Positions 47,593-57,841 of a stretch of DNA of 64,000 nt are shown piece after piece. Source of the stretch: Candidatus Bathyarchaeia archaeon (lineage in GTDB: Archaea; Thermoproteota; Bathyarchaeia; Bathyarchaeales; Bathycorpusculaceae); the NCBI GenBank assembly GCA_038883795.1, contig JAVZLK010000003.1:32001-96000 (forward strand). Reading direction: 5' to 3'. Made by a program: the position numbers and the translations under genes. The notes under the pieces were generated by a model. The model did no database searches and was not told the DNA's origin. It was given only the letters and a program-made list of their open reading frames with translations. Each line of letters opens with the position of its first letter. The first letter of the stretch is position 1.

Positions 47593-48681
47593 TTAGGGCT
47601 TCATTTTTAATTTATCAAAGAATTTTATCAACTGCTTTCGTGTGGGATGCATTTTGTTAGGATTTGATATGTAATATGCTGCAACAGCATTAGCTAACGC
47701 AAGTCTACAACCATCCGAAAGTCCGTGGGCATCGCCTAAAATATTTCCAGCGTTCCAAGCATCACCCGCTCCAGTCACCCTTCTAACTGGAACTTTGAAG
47801 GCGGGAACGATTGTTTCCCCCTTCTTTGTAAACGTCGCCGAAAAATCTGTTGTGTGCAAATCAACCCTCGCAGACAAATGAGCCGCTAAAATTCTTGCAG
47901 ACTCCTTTGCCAATTCTTCAAAGGATAAACGTTTCGCCAAAGCTTTCATTTCATCACTCCTCAGATAAGATGCATAGCAGACAGCTTCATTCTCATTCAC
48001 ACTCAACACGTCGATTCTTTTGCTCTGCAAAACTTCCTTAATTAACTGGGGAATCTTGCGTTTGTTAGGCGTTGGGTCTGCTGAATCGTAATATGTTTTA
48101 CCTTTACCCCTCGTCTTTACATGAGTGAAAACCGTTTTCGCCAATTCCGTTCCAAAACGCCTTGTCCCCGCCCAATTAAAAACGCAAACATAATCCGCAT
48201 CTTCCATAACACTAAAATCATCCCTATTCAAGTAATGCGGTCCAAAACTTGCGAGGGCACCCACATCCCTAAGCATAACATTAACTTTTTCGCCCTTGAT
48301 TTCGAATTCCATGGCGGTTGTTATGGACAATTTTTTAAAGATTTTCACATGCGAAAAATCAACCTTTTCCGATTTAAGATAAAACTTCAACAAATGCAAT
48401 CCAAGCTCATCGGTGCAAACTATTGGAGTCACTTTCACATTCAAAGCCGCAAGCGCAGAGGCAGTATTAACGGCGTTTCCTCCTCTAAAATCCGCTTGTG
48501 CTATTCCGTCTATACAGCCACCCTTCCTCTGAATTACCTTCCAGAGGTTTTCTGAAAAAGTTTTAATGTTCCATTTTAGGCTAATAAAGCGGTCGAGGAA
48601 AAAATCTGGCATAACAACAACATTAAATTCCTCAATTCGCGCCCTTAAGAACTCTTTCAGTTCCTTGAGAATCTCAAGCAA
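47593..48681 (-). CDS. PfkB-family carbohydrate kinase
   Basis: GGNAVNTA, NENEA, TGAGDAWNAG. Confidence 0.9.
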   Translation of the reverse strand: MLEILKELKEFLRARIEEFNVVVMPDFFLDRFISLKWNIKTFSENLWKVIQRKGGCIDGIAQADFRGGNAVNTASALAALNVKVTPIVCTDELGLHLLKFYLKSEKVDFSHVKIFKKLSITTAMEFEIKGEKVNVMLRDVGALASFGPHYLNRDDFSVMEDADYVCVFNWAGTRRFGTELAKTVFTHVKTRGKGKTYYDSADPTPNKRKIPQLIKEVLQSKRIDVLSVNENEAVCYASYLRSDEMKALAKRLSFEELAKESARILAAHLSARVDLHTTDFSATFTKKGETIVPAFKVPVRRVTGAGDAWNAGNILGDAHGLSDGCRLALANAVAAYYISNPNKMHPTRKQLIKFFDKLKMKP

Positions 48682-48826
48682 AACTCTTCACCAAACAATA
48701 AATTGTTGTTAAATGTTGATAACGCTTTTTCATAAAAGTATTTAAAGGTTGGACATTTGAGTTAAACGGGGATGGATAAATTGAAACATAAACTCTATCT
48801 TCGCTTTTTATAGATATTTTTTGGTT

Positions 48827-49642
48827 TTATCCAAGCAGGAAACGAACAAAAATCCACACAATGTCGCCGAAAAATAAGGCAATAATTAAGCCTGCAGTTA
48901 TGAAGATGAGCATGGGCAAGCCCGGAGTCGCCCAAACCATATCTTGAATTTTTCCATCTTCTACTGCTTTAGCTAACCTTTCCACAATAGCGTTTCTTTC
49001 TTCATCTTTCGGTATGAGAACAAGCTTTCTTTTAAATCCATCTTCGGAATCTTCCAAGTCTTCTAATGGGTAGAGGTGCCATTTTTCCTTCAATTTGCCA
49101 ATAGAAACCTTATAACCTGTCATCAAAACCAAAAGTTTTCTCCAAAAAGATTCCTTTTCATGCTCTTCAAAGAGTTTTTTGCCAGTTTTTTTGTGCCAGA
49201 AAATGTTGTGAAAGAGCATGTAGATGGCTGTTGCTGCAGCCATTAAAATGGAGTTGCTGAAAACTGTTATTGGAAAAAATTTTTGGGCTATGGGCGAAAT
49301 TTCAGTTGAAAGAGGCGTAAGCAGATCATTTGGGTGGAAGGGTAGTGCGAGGGCTAAGCACATTAGGGCTTTGGCGTCTGCTCCTCCAAAACCTCCAGAA
49401 TAAAAGAGTATGATGGCGAAGGCTGATGTTAAGCCAAAGCAGATTCCATAAGAAAGCAGTTGTGAAGACTCGTAGACGTATAGTTCCATGAAGGTTAATG
49501 CGAAGGCTGGTGGGGCGAAAAGGATCCATAGGCTGTTGCTTACTTCACGGGTTTTGTAGTCGCTCCATGAAGCGTAGAATAGGAAGGATAATGTTATAGT
49601 TGTTCTTGCTAGTGCAGTCCATGTTTGCAATGGAAACATCAT
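48827..49642 (-). CDS. Prepilin/pre-archaellin peptidase (A24, PibD/FlaK-like)
   Basis: ASWSDYKTREV, FGGADAK, VWATPGLPM; adjoins pilin genes. Confidence 0.92.
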   Translation of the reverse strand: MMFPLQTWTALARTTITLSFLFYASWSDYKTREVSNSLWILFAPPAFALTFMELYVYESSQLLSYGICFGLTSAFAIILFYSGGFGGADAKALMCLALALPFHPNDLLTPLSTEISPIAQKFFPITVFSNSILMAAATAIYMLFHNIFWHKKTGKKLFEEHEKESFWRKLLVLMTGYKVSIGKLKEKWHLYPLEDLEDSEDGFKRKLVLIPKDEERNAIVERLAKAVEDGKIQDMVWATPGLPMLIFITAGLIIALFFGDIVWIFVRFLLG

Positions 49643-49734
49643 TCAGCCCAAAGGAAACTGTTTCAGATTTTCCTATTTAAATGGTTTAGATAATATTTTG
49701 GTTTTAAAAAGAGCGATTAAAGGAGAAGATTGTT

Positions 49735-50184
49735 CTAGCTTGTTGGTGCTTGTTCTGGGAATGGACCTAAAGGCTGTTGTCCGGCTAAGGGTATAATCTT
49801 GAAGTAATACGTAGTTCCCGCAGTCCAGTTATACTCCACGGTGAGCCTAACGATTTGGCCTGCTGCAAGTGAAACCGGAAGTGAGGGAGTTGTTGTTTGG
49901 TTTTGTAATGTTGTGGATGAAGTTCCAATGTAAACTTGAATTATTTGGGTGTCTGAAGTTCCAGAGTTACCCACGTCGATGTCTATTTTCTTTGTTACGC
50001 CTTCTGTGTAGAATCTTACGTTTGCTTTGTATAGGATTACACCTGCGTGTGTCCCTGCGCTGCTCATGTATGTCATTATCCAAGCGTATGTGACGACTAT
50101 GGCGGCTACGGCTATAACTATTAGTAAGAGTGTGGCGAGAATTGGAGATATAGCCTTTTTAGTTTTTAACAGACTTTTAGCCAT
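49735..50184 (-). CDS. Probable major type IV pilin
   Basis: Class III signal KKA|ISPILATLLLIVIAVAA; 149 aa; separate upstream intergenic region. Confidence 0.88.
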   Translation of the reverse strand: MAKSLLKTKKAISPILATLLLIVIAVAAIVVTYAWIMTYMSSAGTHAGVILYKANVRFYTEGVTKKIDIDVGNSGTSDTQIIQVYIGTSSTTLQNQTTTPSLPVSLAAGQIVRLTVEYNWTAGTTYYFKIIPLAGQQPLGPFPEQAPTS

Positions 50185-50291
50185 ACGGTTTTCACCCTTC
50201 TTGTTGTTTAGGAAATCTGAAGATTACTTATTTAACTTGTATGAACTTTGAATATGCATTTTAGATAAGTGTGCGCAATAGCGAACAGGGT

Positions 50292-52244
50292 TTAGTTTTC
50301 TGTGGTTACCGTTATTGTCGGCGGATACTCAACAAGAATCCATAAGCCAGAGGCGTTGGTGTCTCCACCTCTATAGATTGGCGTGTAACCTGTCCCAAAA
50401 GTTACGACCGCGCCGTACCAGCAAATATCTAGCGCGCTGGTAAAGCCCGTTACAGACGCTAGTGAACTTACTGGAAGAAGTTCGATTGCCCTTTGGGTAG
50501 GATAACTAGAACTTATTGTTCTTAGAGCGCCTGTCGGATTTCCGGTTGTGGTTTTATCATCAAAGTAGTACAACATTTTGTTGGATTCGTCTGAGAACAT
50601 TATTCCAAACCCTGCTGATGAAGAGTTTAGTTGTGCCCAGTGATGCTGCCAAACACCAGACCTGTTATAGAATAAATCATAAGCTGTAGAAACTTTTGGG
50701 TAGCCGTTTGGCAATGTACCATTTTCTGTTAACGAAGAAAAGCTACTTTGTGTGCTGACTCTTAATAGGCGTATTTCTGTTATGCTTCTTGGTTTGTCTG
50801 TTGAGTTAAGGAATATGAGGCGCAGTTGATAGGTGTAGTATGTGGCGTTCGCAGGAAGTGTTATAACAACATGAGCATAAAAGTTATAACATTGCGGATC
50901 GTCAACACCACCTGAAAATTCCGGTTCACCATGCACGATGCTTCTAACCGTACCGTTATATATGGTATACGCCCACTCAGGATCCGTATTGTCAGATTCA
51001 TCATTTATTTGCATAAGGTTTGTCGCGCTTGAAGTGCCTCCGACGGTTGCCGTCACCGTGAAACCAGTACTCGAAAGTGTAATGCTAAGTTTGCCGTTGC
51101 TGAGTGTTCTAGTAGAGGGACTATCTTTGAAGTAACGGTTGACATACGCCCATGGTGTTTGGATTGCGGTATCGCTTCCGTTCCACCATATGGTGACTTT
51201 TGTAACGTTTGGATTTATAAGGAAAACTATCATGTGTCTATTGCCGAAAACGCTTGCGTTGCTCGCTAAACCTAAAGGAATTTTGTAGTCTGAAGCCCAA
51301 TCTTCTATCTGGAATGGTACCTCTTGGTTTATGCCGTTTATGGTCTGATTAATGTGTATTGCTTTTACTGGTATTGGCGGTATTGGTTTTGCTTGTGTTG
51401 TCAATTGCAGGTTTTGTCCAAGCCATCGCATTGTGCCATTCTGCAGCAACTCAACAACTATTGTTGCGTCAGTTGCGCTTTTTAATGTTGAGTAAAACGT
51501 GTCGTTCCATGTTAACGTGCATATGTATCGGCTGAATGATGAAGCCACCACTATTAAGCCTCTTTGGTCTTCCACTTGGATGATGTATGAAGAGGGGTCT
51601 ACTCCGGATGGAATGTCAATGGTGTATGTGCCGTTTGCGTCCACATTCAATGTGCTTGGATTAATTGGTATCCATGTTGAGTTTTCGTAAACATAACGGT
51701 AAAACTTGAAGTTTTGCCTTCCTAAACTTAACAATGGTTCACCTTCATCTTTAGTTATTACTAGCACTGTTTGATTAGTCGGGGTTGTTTCCTTTATTTG
51801 GACTGTTAATTTGCATGAAGTTTCATAGGTCATTCCATACAATCCAAGACCAGTTAAGCTATAATTTACAGCCAGCTTTCCCCTACTCCAACTATTGTTT
51901 GTATACCAGTATGTGCTTAGGTCTACACTGCTTAAATTGAGTGAAGCTCCCAATTCTGGATGCATTCTGGCTATGTTCTCTAATCCGCTACGAGTAAAGT
52001 TTATGGCAAGTTCCCTTGCATATGAAGTGTTTCCAGTAACCTGCAACGCTGAACCATAATAGCCAACTGTAAAGCCTAAAATTTCTTTTAGGGCCATGTT
52101 TGTTTCGTCTATTGCGCTTAATATTTGAGGCTGAACCTGTATTGGACTGGTGCGTATTGTAGAGTAGGTTATTATGACTGTGGCTATGAGGATAACTGCG
52201 ACAAGCAAAGCCGCAATAATAGAATATTGACCCTTACAATTCAT
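50292..52244 (-). CDS. Large minor pilin/adhesin-like protein
   Basis: KG|QYSIIAALLVAVIL class III-like N-terminus; N/S/T-rich with many NxS/T sequons. Confidence 0.75.
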   Translation of the reverse strand: MNCKGQYSIIAALLVAVILIATVIITYSTIRTSPIQVQPQILSAIDETNMALKEILGFTVGYYGSALQVTGNTSYARELAINFTRSGLENIARMHPELGASLNLSSVDLSTYWYTNNSWSRGKLAVNYSLTGLGLYGMTYETSCKLTVQIKETTPTNQTVLVITKDEGEPLLSLGRQNFKFYRYVYENSTWIPINPSTLNVDANGTYTIDIPSGVDPSSYIIQVEDQRGLIVVASSFSRYICTLTWNDTFYSTLKSATDATIVVELLQNGTMRWLGQNLQLTTQAKPIPPIPVKAIHINQTINGINQEVPFQIEDWASDYKIPLGLASNASVFGNRHMIVFLINPNVTKVTIWWNGSDTAIQTPWAYVNRYFKDSPSTRTLSNGKLSITLSSTGFTVTATVGGTSSATNLMQINDESDNTDPEWAYTIYNGTVRSIVHGEPEFSGGVDDPQCYNFYAHVVITLPANATYYTYQLRLIFLNSTDKPRSITEIRLLRVSTQSSFSSLTENGTLPNGYPKVSTAYDLFYNRSGVWQHHWAQLNSSSAGFGIMFSDESNKMLYYFDDKTTTGNPTGALRTISSSYPTQRAIELLPVSSLASVTGFTSALDICWYGAVVTFGTGYTPIYRGGDTNASGLWILVEYPPTITVTTEN

Positions 52245-52247
52245 TCA

Positions 52248-53555
52248 TTACACGCCTCCTACCTGTCCCAACTGCAAAACAACAAGCCTCGTGGCGTTAC
52301 TAGCCGTATACTCAGAACGATAAAGCCTGGGCTTATAATCACATAAAAGTCCCAGCGCAGTAAGCCGGATATCTGGTGTTCTGGTTAAACCCAACGCCAA
52401 AAAAGCGCCGGAAACAGTATGCCTAAAAACTGCTCCAGCAATCCAACCACTTACATTATTAAAAATGTATGTGGTTATTTTCAAGTTATATGTGCCTGTT
52501 ATCCATGAAGGTAACGCTCTAGTGGCGGTATGATAAGTGAATGGGTAAATACCGTAGTAATTGCAATAATACTTTGCTTCTGATGAAAGAGACACACTTG
52601 CCAAACTAGGATTATCGCCAGAATCACCAGTAATCCAACTGTCATCATGCGCGTAATTTTGATTATTCAGTCCCCTTAGAAAAGCGTTCAACCCAGCAGG
52701 TCCAGTTTGGTTCATTCCATAAATGCCCCAACCATTGTGACCATTTGCCAAGTTTACCGTATTCGTCACATAATAGAATGGATAGCCGACGATGCTAGTC
52801 CAAGTCCAATTGTAACGGCGTGTCATGTTCCCCAAAAAGTGACAGTAACGAGCATAATCATTAGAATATGGGGTTGTACAATACATCGACGGTATTGGTA
52901 CGGCTTCCCCGAATGTGTTTATGACTACAGCATTTCGAACAACCTCGCCTTGTAAACTTTGGTTGTTTAGTATTTGCGCTAGTTGTGCCGTGTTTTGCAC
53001 CATTACTGTTGTTTTGAAGTATGGCGATAACAGATTGTACAGGTCTTGAGCCAGGCTGTGCGCCGTATAGCCTGTAATCCACCATCCACGAGCATCACTG
53101 CAATTTAATATGTAAAGGGTTCCGCCGACTCCGCTTTCGCCAATCTTCTCGGGAATAACCTTAAAAGTCACGTTAGAAGAAGCAACAAGATAAGAGGCTG
53201 CATCTGAGCCTATTCCCAAACTTTCAGCATTAGAAATAGAAGTGATGAAACGATAAAGCTGTAAGCTGCTTCCGCCCTGTACTTCATAAACTGTTAAGTT
53301 GTAAATTATGTTGGGCGGCAAACAAGCGGAAAGCGCAACTTGAAGCTCACCCCAAGCCGAATCGCCGGGCGACTTGAACACCATCTCACTTAAACTATAA
53401 TTCACATTCAAAACTTCAAGCGTTGATAACGCCAATCTTCTAAGATTTAAAGGTGAAACCTCTCGTGGCGATGGCAAAACAGCGAAGAAAGCAGCAATTA
53501 GAAAAGCTCCTAAAATTATAACTATTACCAGCAAAACTTCAATTGTCCGCATCAT
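52248..53555 (-). CDS. Minor pilin-like secreted protein
   Basis: MMRTIEVLLVIVIIL hydrophobic N-terminus; within the pilus operon. Confidence 0.7.
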   Translation of the reverse strand: MMRTIEVLLVIVIILGAFLIAAFFAVLPSPREVSPLNLRRLALSTLEVLNVNYSLSEMVFKSPGDSAWGELQVALSACLPPNIIYNLTVYEVQGGSSLQLYRFITSISNAESLGIGSDAASYLVASSNVTFKVIPEKIGESGVGGTLYILNCSDARGWWITGYTAHSLAQDLYNLLSPYFKTTVMVQNTAQLAQILNNQSLQGEVVRNAVVINTFGEAVPIPSMYCTTPYSNDYARYCHFLGNMTRRYNWTWTSIVGYPFYYVTNTVNLANGHNGWGIYGMNQTGPAGLNAFLRGLNNQNYAHDDSWITGDSGDNPSLASVSLSSEAKYYCNYYGIYPFTYHTATRALPSWITGTYNLKITTYIFNNVSGWIAGAVFRHTVSGAFLALGLTRTPDIRLTALGLLCDYKPRLYRSEYTASNATRLVVLQLGQVGGV

Positions 53556-53556
53556 T

Positions 53557-54783
53557 TTAGCCCACCACCTCGTAACCTTCTAAACTCCACAACGAAAGCT
53601 TAGCTTGATAGGCAATATTGTTAACAACAACTTGGCGCATATCAGTAGCAACCCACTCTTGACCGGTAGGGTCATTGCCAAAAACCACTGGAAAAGCCAT
53701 GGAGCTTATACCCCAAGGCATCAAAACAACACCAGTTTCTTGTGCGCTTTTTCTATAAGTGATGACCAGAATGCCGGGATTGTTTCTTATGTTTTGTGGG
53801 ATTGTGACATAAGCGTAAGGAAATCCTCCTACGCCATAATTAAGTAATCCCGTGGAATTTTCTATTGGTATCTGTCGAAGAGTAAAGTCGTCAGCTAATA
53901 TAACAAAAGTTGCGTTGAACGTGACTGCTGCAGTATCACCCATCTCATGTACATCATAACTGTGGGCAATCAGTATCCTTCCCTCTGCAAAATCATCGAT
54001 AAATGGGATTATATAGTTCGACGTGTATGTTACATGTTCATGATAACCCATACCCATAAGACCACCAAGGTAAGCATACACAATGAAAACGTAAGAGACT
54101 TCTTTTTTAACATTTGTAAATCTTAAAAGAACTGAACCTTGCGCATCAGTGAAATTGTCGCCATATTCTAATGCGTAAGAGGGGTATGGACCGCTACCTC
54201 CTTCAGAGACTGTGAGAAGACAATAGCTTATATGGGCATTTGCAAGCGGGAAGCCTACTCCAGTAACTGTAACACTTAGAATTAAGGGGTCTTTTAGCTG
54301 TACTTCTTCTATCGAAATCGTTACAATCGGAGTCATAGTTAATTGAAATCCATATGTTCCATTTATTCCAAGCAACTTCGCCACAGCTGAGTAGTTAATT
54401 ACCTCAGTATATGGCACTAGTAAGAAATTACCAAATCCCATGGTTATGTTACTATAAGTCAATCCCATCCTTGGGTAATAAACTGGTTCTCCAACTGAAG
54501 ACCGCAATCGCATAAGTGAAAACGGACTAAGTCTGTATTGTGTGAATTCTGGGTCTTGCAATCCAAAACCATAAGGAGTGCAATTGCTTTTACCCCAATC
54601 TGGTGGAATGCCTGGATTTAGGAGCATGTTGTCGAGGAGGTCGCTGCATTTTGTTGCAAGATATCTGTGACGCTGATATAGAATGGCTGTTTGGATTATC
54701 TGATTGAAAAGGCTTATGAAAAGTAATATGGCTCCCAAAAAAATTGTGACGGAAACCAAATGATCTATTGTTGAGCCAGCCAT
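53557..54783 (-). CDS. Minor pilin-like secreted protein
   Basis: MAG|STIDHLVSVTIFL N-terminus; PGIPPDWG motif; within the pilus operon. Confidence 0.7.
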   Translation of the reverse strand: MAGSTIDHLVSVTIFLGAILLFISLFNQIIQTAILYQRHRYLATKCSDLLDNMLLNPGIPPDWGKSNCTPYGFGLQDPEFTQYRLSPFSLMRLRSSVGEPVYYPRMGLTYSNITMGFGNFLLVPYTEVINYSAVAKLLGINGTYGFQLTMTPIVTISIEEVQLKDPLILSVTVTGVGFPLANAHISYCLLTVSEGGSGPYPSYALEYGDNFTDAQGSVLLRFTNVKKEVSYVFIVYAYLGGLMGMGYHEHVTYTSNYIIPFIDDFAEGRILIAHSYDVHEMGDTAAVTFNATFVILADDFTLRQIPIENSTGLLNYGVGGFPYAYVTIPQNIRNNPGILVITYRKSAQETGVVLMPWGISSMAFPVVFGNDPTGQEWVATDMRQVVVNNIAYQAKLSLWSLEGYEVVG

Positions 54784-54789
54784 TCTTGC

Positions 54790-55293
54790 TTAACCTCCAA
54801 AAGAGAGGCATATGGTTCCATTTGCGAACTTTTCAGCCCATATGCATGCGTTTGTAGAATTGCTAATGAAAACGGATTCACGCCAAGTAACATTTTGACC
54901 CAAAATAACCGAAGTCGTTACCGCAGTTCCAACAGTTCTCAGCTTAAGCGTTATCTCCAACACCTTACTTGAATTCAAAGCAGGATCCAAAACGGTCTTT
55001 AATGTTGCATTTCCGGTGTATGGATAATTCTCTATGAATGGTGGGACATCCACTTTTTGCGTAACGGTTCCAGCTGATATAGAATCATGGTTTAAGGCGA
55101 AATACACTTGCTGTATACTGCTTCCTAAATGACTTGCAGCCTCCTGAAGTGCAAGAGTTCTACGCGAATCCACCCAGATATTCATGAGCCAACTTGCCGT
55201 CAACGGAAAGAGGAAAATCTGCAAAATCAAAACTGGAACCATAATCACATACTCGATAGTTACATGCGGCATCCATAACCCCCTCCTATGCAT
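54790..55293 (-). CDS. Minor pilin-like protein (start probably at MPHVTIEY)
   Basis: TIEYVIMVPVLIL TadE-like N-terminal helix. Confidence 0.7.
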   Translation of the reverse strand: MHRRGLWMPHVTIEYVIMVPVLILQIFLFPLTASWLMNIWVDSRRTLALQEAASHLGSSIQQVYFALNHDSISAGTVTQKVDVPPFIENYPYTGNATLKTVLDPALNSSKVLEITLKLRTVGTAVTTSVILGQNVTWRESVFISNSTNACIWAEKFANGTICLSFGG

Positions 55294-56116
55294 GCAAGCC
55301 TAAAGAAACAACCACCTCACTAGTGTAAAATTCAATGATGGAGCCGCTTGGAACATTTAATGTCTCTTCCATCTCATCAAAATTGAAGAAGCTTTCACCA
55401 AGACCCAAACTACTTTTTGGAAAAGAAACACTTATTTTAACCGAATTAACACTACTATTAGTTTTAACTGAAACATTCCTTCCTGTAAGCGTTACAGACT
55501 GAGAAAGACGAGGATGCGTGCCAGTGGAAAGGATAGGCAAATAAAACTTGAAATAGTTCTTCACCTCTCCACCAGCAGAAATGGTCGAATTCAAAACCCT
55601 AATTATTGGAGCAACAACAACCCTTATGTAATTGCCATCAGCCATAGGTAACTTTTCAATAACATAAACATAGCTTACAGGCGCTGAAGGCCCAACTTGA
55701 AGGAAGGATCTATTGGATGGAAAGATGCTTTCATAATAGTTATTTCCAACCGAATATTTGCTTATAGGCATATTAAACAAAAGAATACCCGTAGTATAAT
55801 TTGCAAAGTAAACAGTTCCATTCACATAAACAGTATAATTCAAAGCTGCACTTTCAAAATTAACCTCTCCATACTTACTTGCGTAACGAACCGTCTGCGT
55901 ACGCCCAACAATCCAAGCCACATCATCAATTTGAAGCCCAATCGTCTGCATAAACTGTTTTACAGCGCTAAACTCGTTCTCAGCCATTCTCGCAGTCAAA
56001 AAGTTGTTGGCAAAAACAACAGCCACAAGAAGAAGCACAACCACAGCGCTTGTTAATATGACAGTAGAAATTGCTGGACTAACCCCTCGCCTATCTTTTC
56101 TAAACTTGAACTTCAC
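55286..56116 (-). CDS. Minor type IV pilin-like protein
   Basis: RKDRRG|VSPAISTVIL class III signal. Confidence 0.8.
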   Translation of the reverse strand: MKFKFRKDRRGVSPAISTVILTSAVVVLLLVAVVFANNFLTARMAENEFSAVKQFMQTIGLQIDDVAWIVGRTQTVRYASKYGEVNFESAALNYTVYVNGTVYFANYTTGILLFNMPISKYSVGNNYYESIFPSNRSFLQVGPSAPVSYVYVIEKLPMADGNYIRVVVAPIIRVLNSTISAGGEVKNYFKFYLPILSTGTHPRLSQSVTLTGRNVSVKTNSSVNSVKISVSFPKSSLGLGESFFNFDEMEETLNVPSGSIIEFYTSEVVVSLGLHA

Positions 56117-56140
56117 AGTTCTCCTAATCGTTTTTCCCTC

Positions 56141-57841
56141 CTAACCAAAACTTATGAACATGGGCACCAACTTCGCTGCCAAAACAGCAATTATCACCAG
56201 AACAGCCGCATGCTTAAAGCCAGCAGCAACAGATTCCTCGCTGATTTTGCCAGCCACAATACCAATTAAATAGCTGTGGAAGATACATGAGGTAGTAAAC
56301 GTCATTATCAGTGGTGTTAAGTCTTTTTTCTGTCCAGTTTCAGCCACGCCAAGAGTGCCCGATGTGAAGCCTATCATCATTGTTGTTGTTGCCACAAGGA
56401 GAATAGCCGCGAAATAGGGCATCAGAATATATGGGCGAACAGCCATCTTCTTTTCTTTTTCAACCTCCTGCGTTAAATTGTTAAATCTTGCCAATGATTC
56501 TATCATGGCGATTGTTCCGCCGCCCACATCTATTGTTTCGACAAGTAGAAACATGACAATTTGTGCCATCCAGCTTCGCATTCGCTTGACAAAATCCATT
56601 ATAACCTTTCTTACCGGGACTCCCCAACTGATTTCAGAGCTTATTTTTCGCAGTTCTTTGCTGAATTCGCCATAATCTCGGTTGGCAAGACTTTCAATAC
56701 ATTTTTCTGGAGATAAGCCTGTCTTTCTGACCTCTGTTAAGTCTCTAAGGAAGCTGTTTATGCCTTGTTCTATGCTTGCCTTCTTTTTTGAGAGTCTGCT
56801 ATTAACAACTGCTGCTGGCGCTGTGGCAACGAAGAGGGATATGGCGATGGCAACTGGCATATCGATAATGTTTTGGAAGTTGCTGAAGAATGGCACCTCA
56901 ATGAAACCCATAAAGTTTGTCAAAAGCATAAACAATATTACGGCTATGATGCCGCAGATTCCAAAAACCTTGTATGGACGCATTTCCACAACTGGAGTTT
57001 TTGGTTGCATACTATGAGCCAAATAGATGAACATGAAAGAGAGCATGGGTGTGAACAAATAGGTGTACAAGATTATTCCAGAATACATGGATATACCAAC
57101 GCTGTAAATGGATTCTACGCTGAATAGTATGTAGAAGCAAAGGGACATCAAAACCATCACAATAATGAAAGTCTCTAGTAGCATTCCAAGTCTTTCAGCT
57201 GCAGCCTTAACACGCAGGGCTCTCGTTTTGAAAATGTCTTCAGCTTTTCTTTCGAGAAAATGTCCGATGTCACCGCCTATGATTACTGTTGAGGCGTAAC
57301 CAGAGAGGAAATCTTTGAATATGTCAAGGGGATTCTTCTTTGCGGCGTTCTCTATAGCTGAAAGGGGGTCTATGCCAAAAATCTCTACATCTTTTATTAT
57401 TTCCCTTGCCTCACTTCTCATGGCTGGCATTAGTTCGACTTCTGCAAGGCGCTTAAAACTTGTGTATGGTGCTATGCCACCTGAAGCCATGACGCTGATG
57501 TAAGCAGCCGCAAAGGGCATTTCCCTTTCAAGGTTGCTTGCCCTTTCACCAGCCCTTGAGATTGGTATAAGAAGGAAGCCTATCATCACATAAAATGGAA
57601 GGGGCACGAGGAAAATTATTGGGATGAAGCCGTAAAGGTAGAGGATAATTATTGATATTATTGAAATGGGAAGCGTTAAAGCTGCGATGAAAAACATTAG
57701 GGAAACGTAGGTTTGTGGGTAAATTTTGATTTTCGCCCTTTCAAGATAGTCCTTAAACTCGATGACATTTTTTAGAAAGGAAGGCGCAACCTTACCGAAG
57801 ATGCGAAAGGACCAAGCTTCAAGGGTTTCTAGAAACGGCAA
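56141..57841 (-). CDS. Type IV pilus membrane platform protein (TadC/FlaJ-like)
   Basis: Two T2SSF repeats (EREMPFA; FLRDLTE..KTG) and multiple TMs; follows the ATPase. Confidence 0.92.
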   Translation of the reverse strand: MPFLETLEAWSFRIFGKVAPSFLKNVIEFKDYLERAKIKIYPQTYVSLMFFIAALTLPISIISIIILYLYGFIPIIFLVPLPFYVMIGFLLIPISRAGERASNLEREMPFAAAYISVMASGGIAPYTSFKRLAEVELMPAMRSEAREIIKDVEIFGIDPLSAIENAAKKNPLDIFKDFLSGYASTVIIGGDIGHFLERKAEDIFKTRALRVKAAAERLGMLLETFIIVMVLMSLCFYILFSVESIYSVGISMYSGIILYTYLFTPMLSFMFIYLAHSMQPKTPVVEMRPYKVFGICGIIAVILFMLLTNFMGFIEVPFFSNFQNIIDMPVAIAISLFVATAPAAVVNSRLSKKKASIEQGINSFLRDLTEVRKTGLSPEKCIESLANRDYGEFSKELRKISSEISWGVPVRKVIMDFVKRMRSWMAQIVMFLLVETIDVGGGTIAMIESLARFNNLTQEVEKEKKMAVRPYILMPYFAAILLVATTTMMIGFTSGTLGVAETGQKKDLTPLIMTFTTSCIFHSYLIGIVAGKISEESVAAGFKHAAVLVIIAVLAAKLVPMFISFG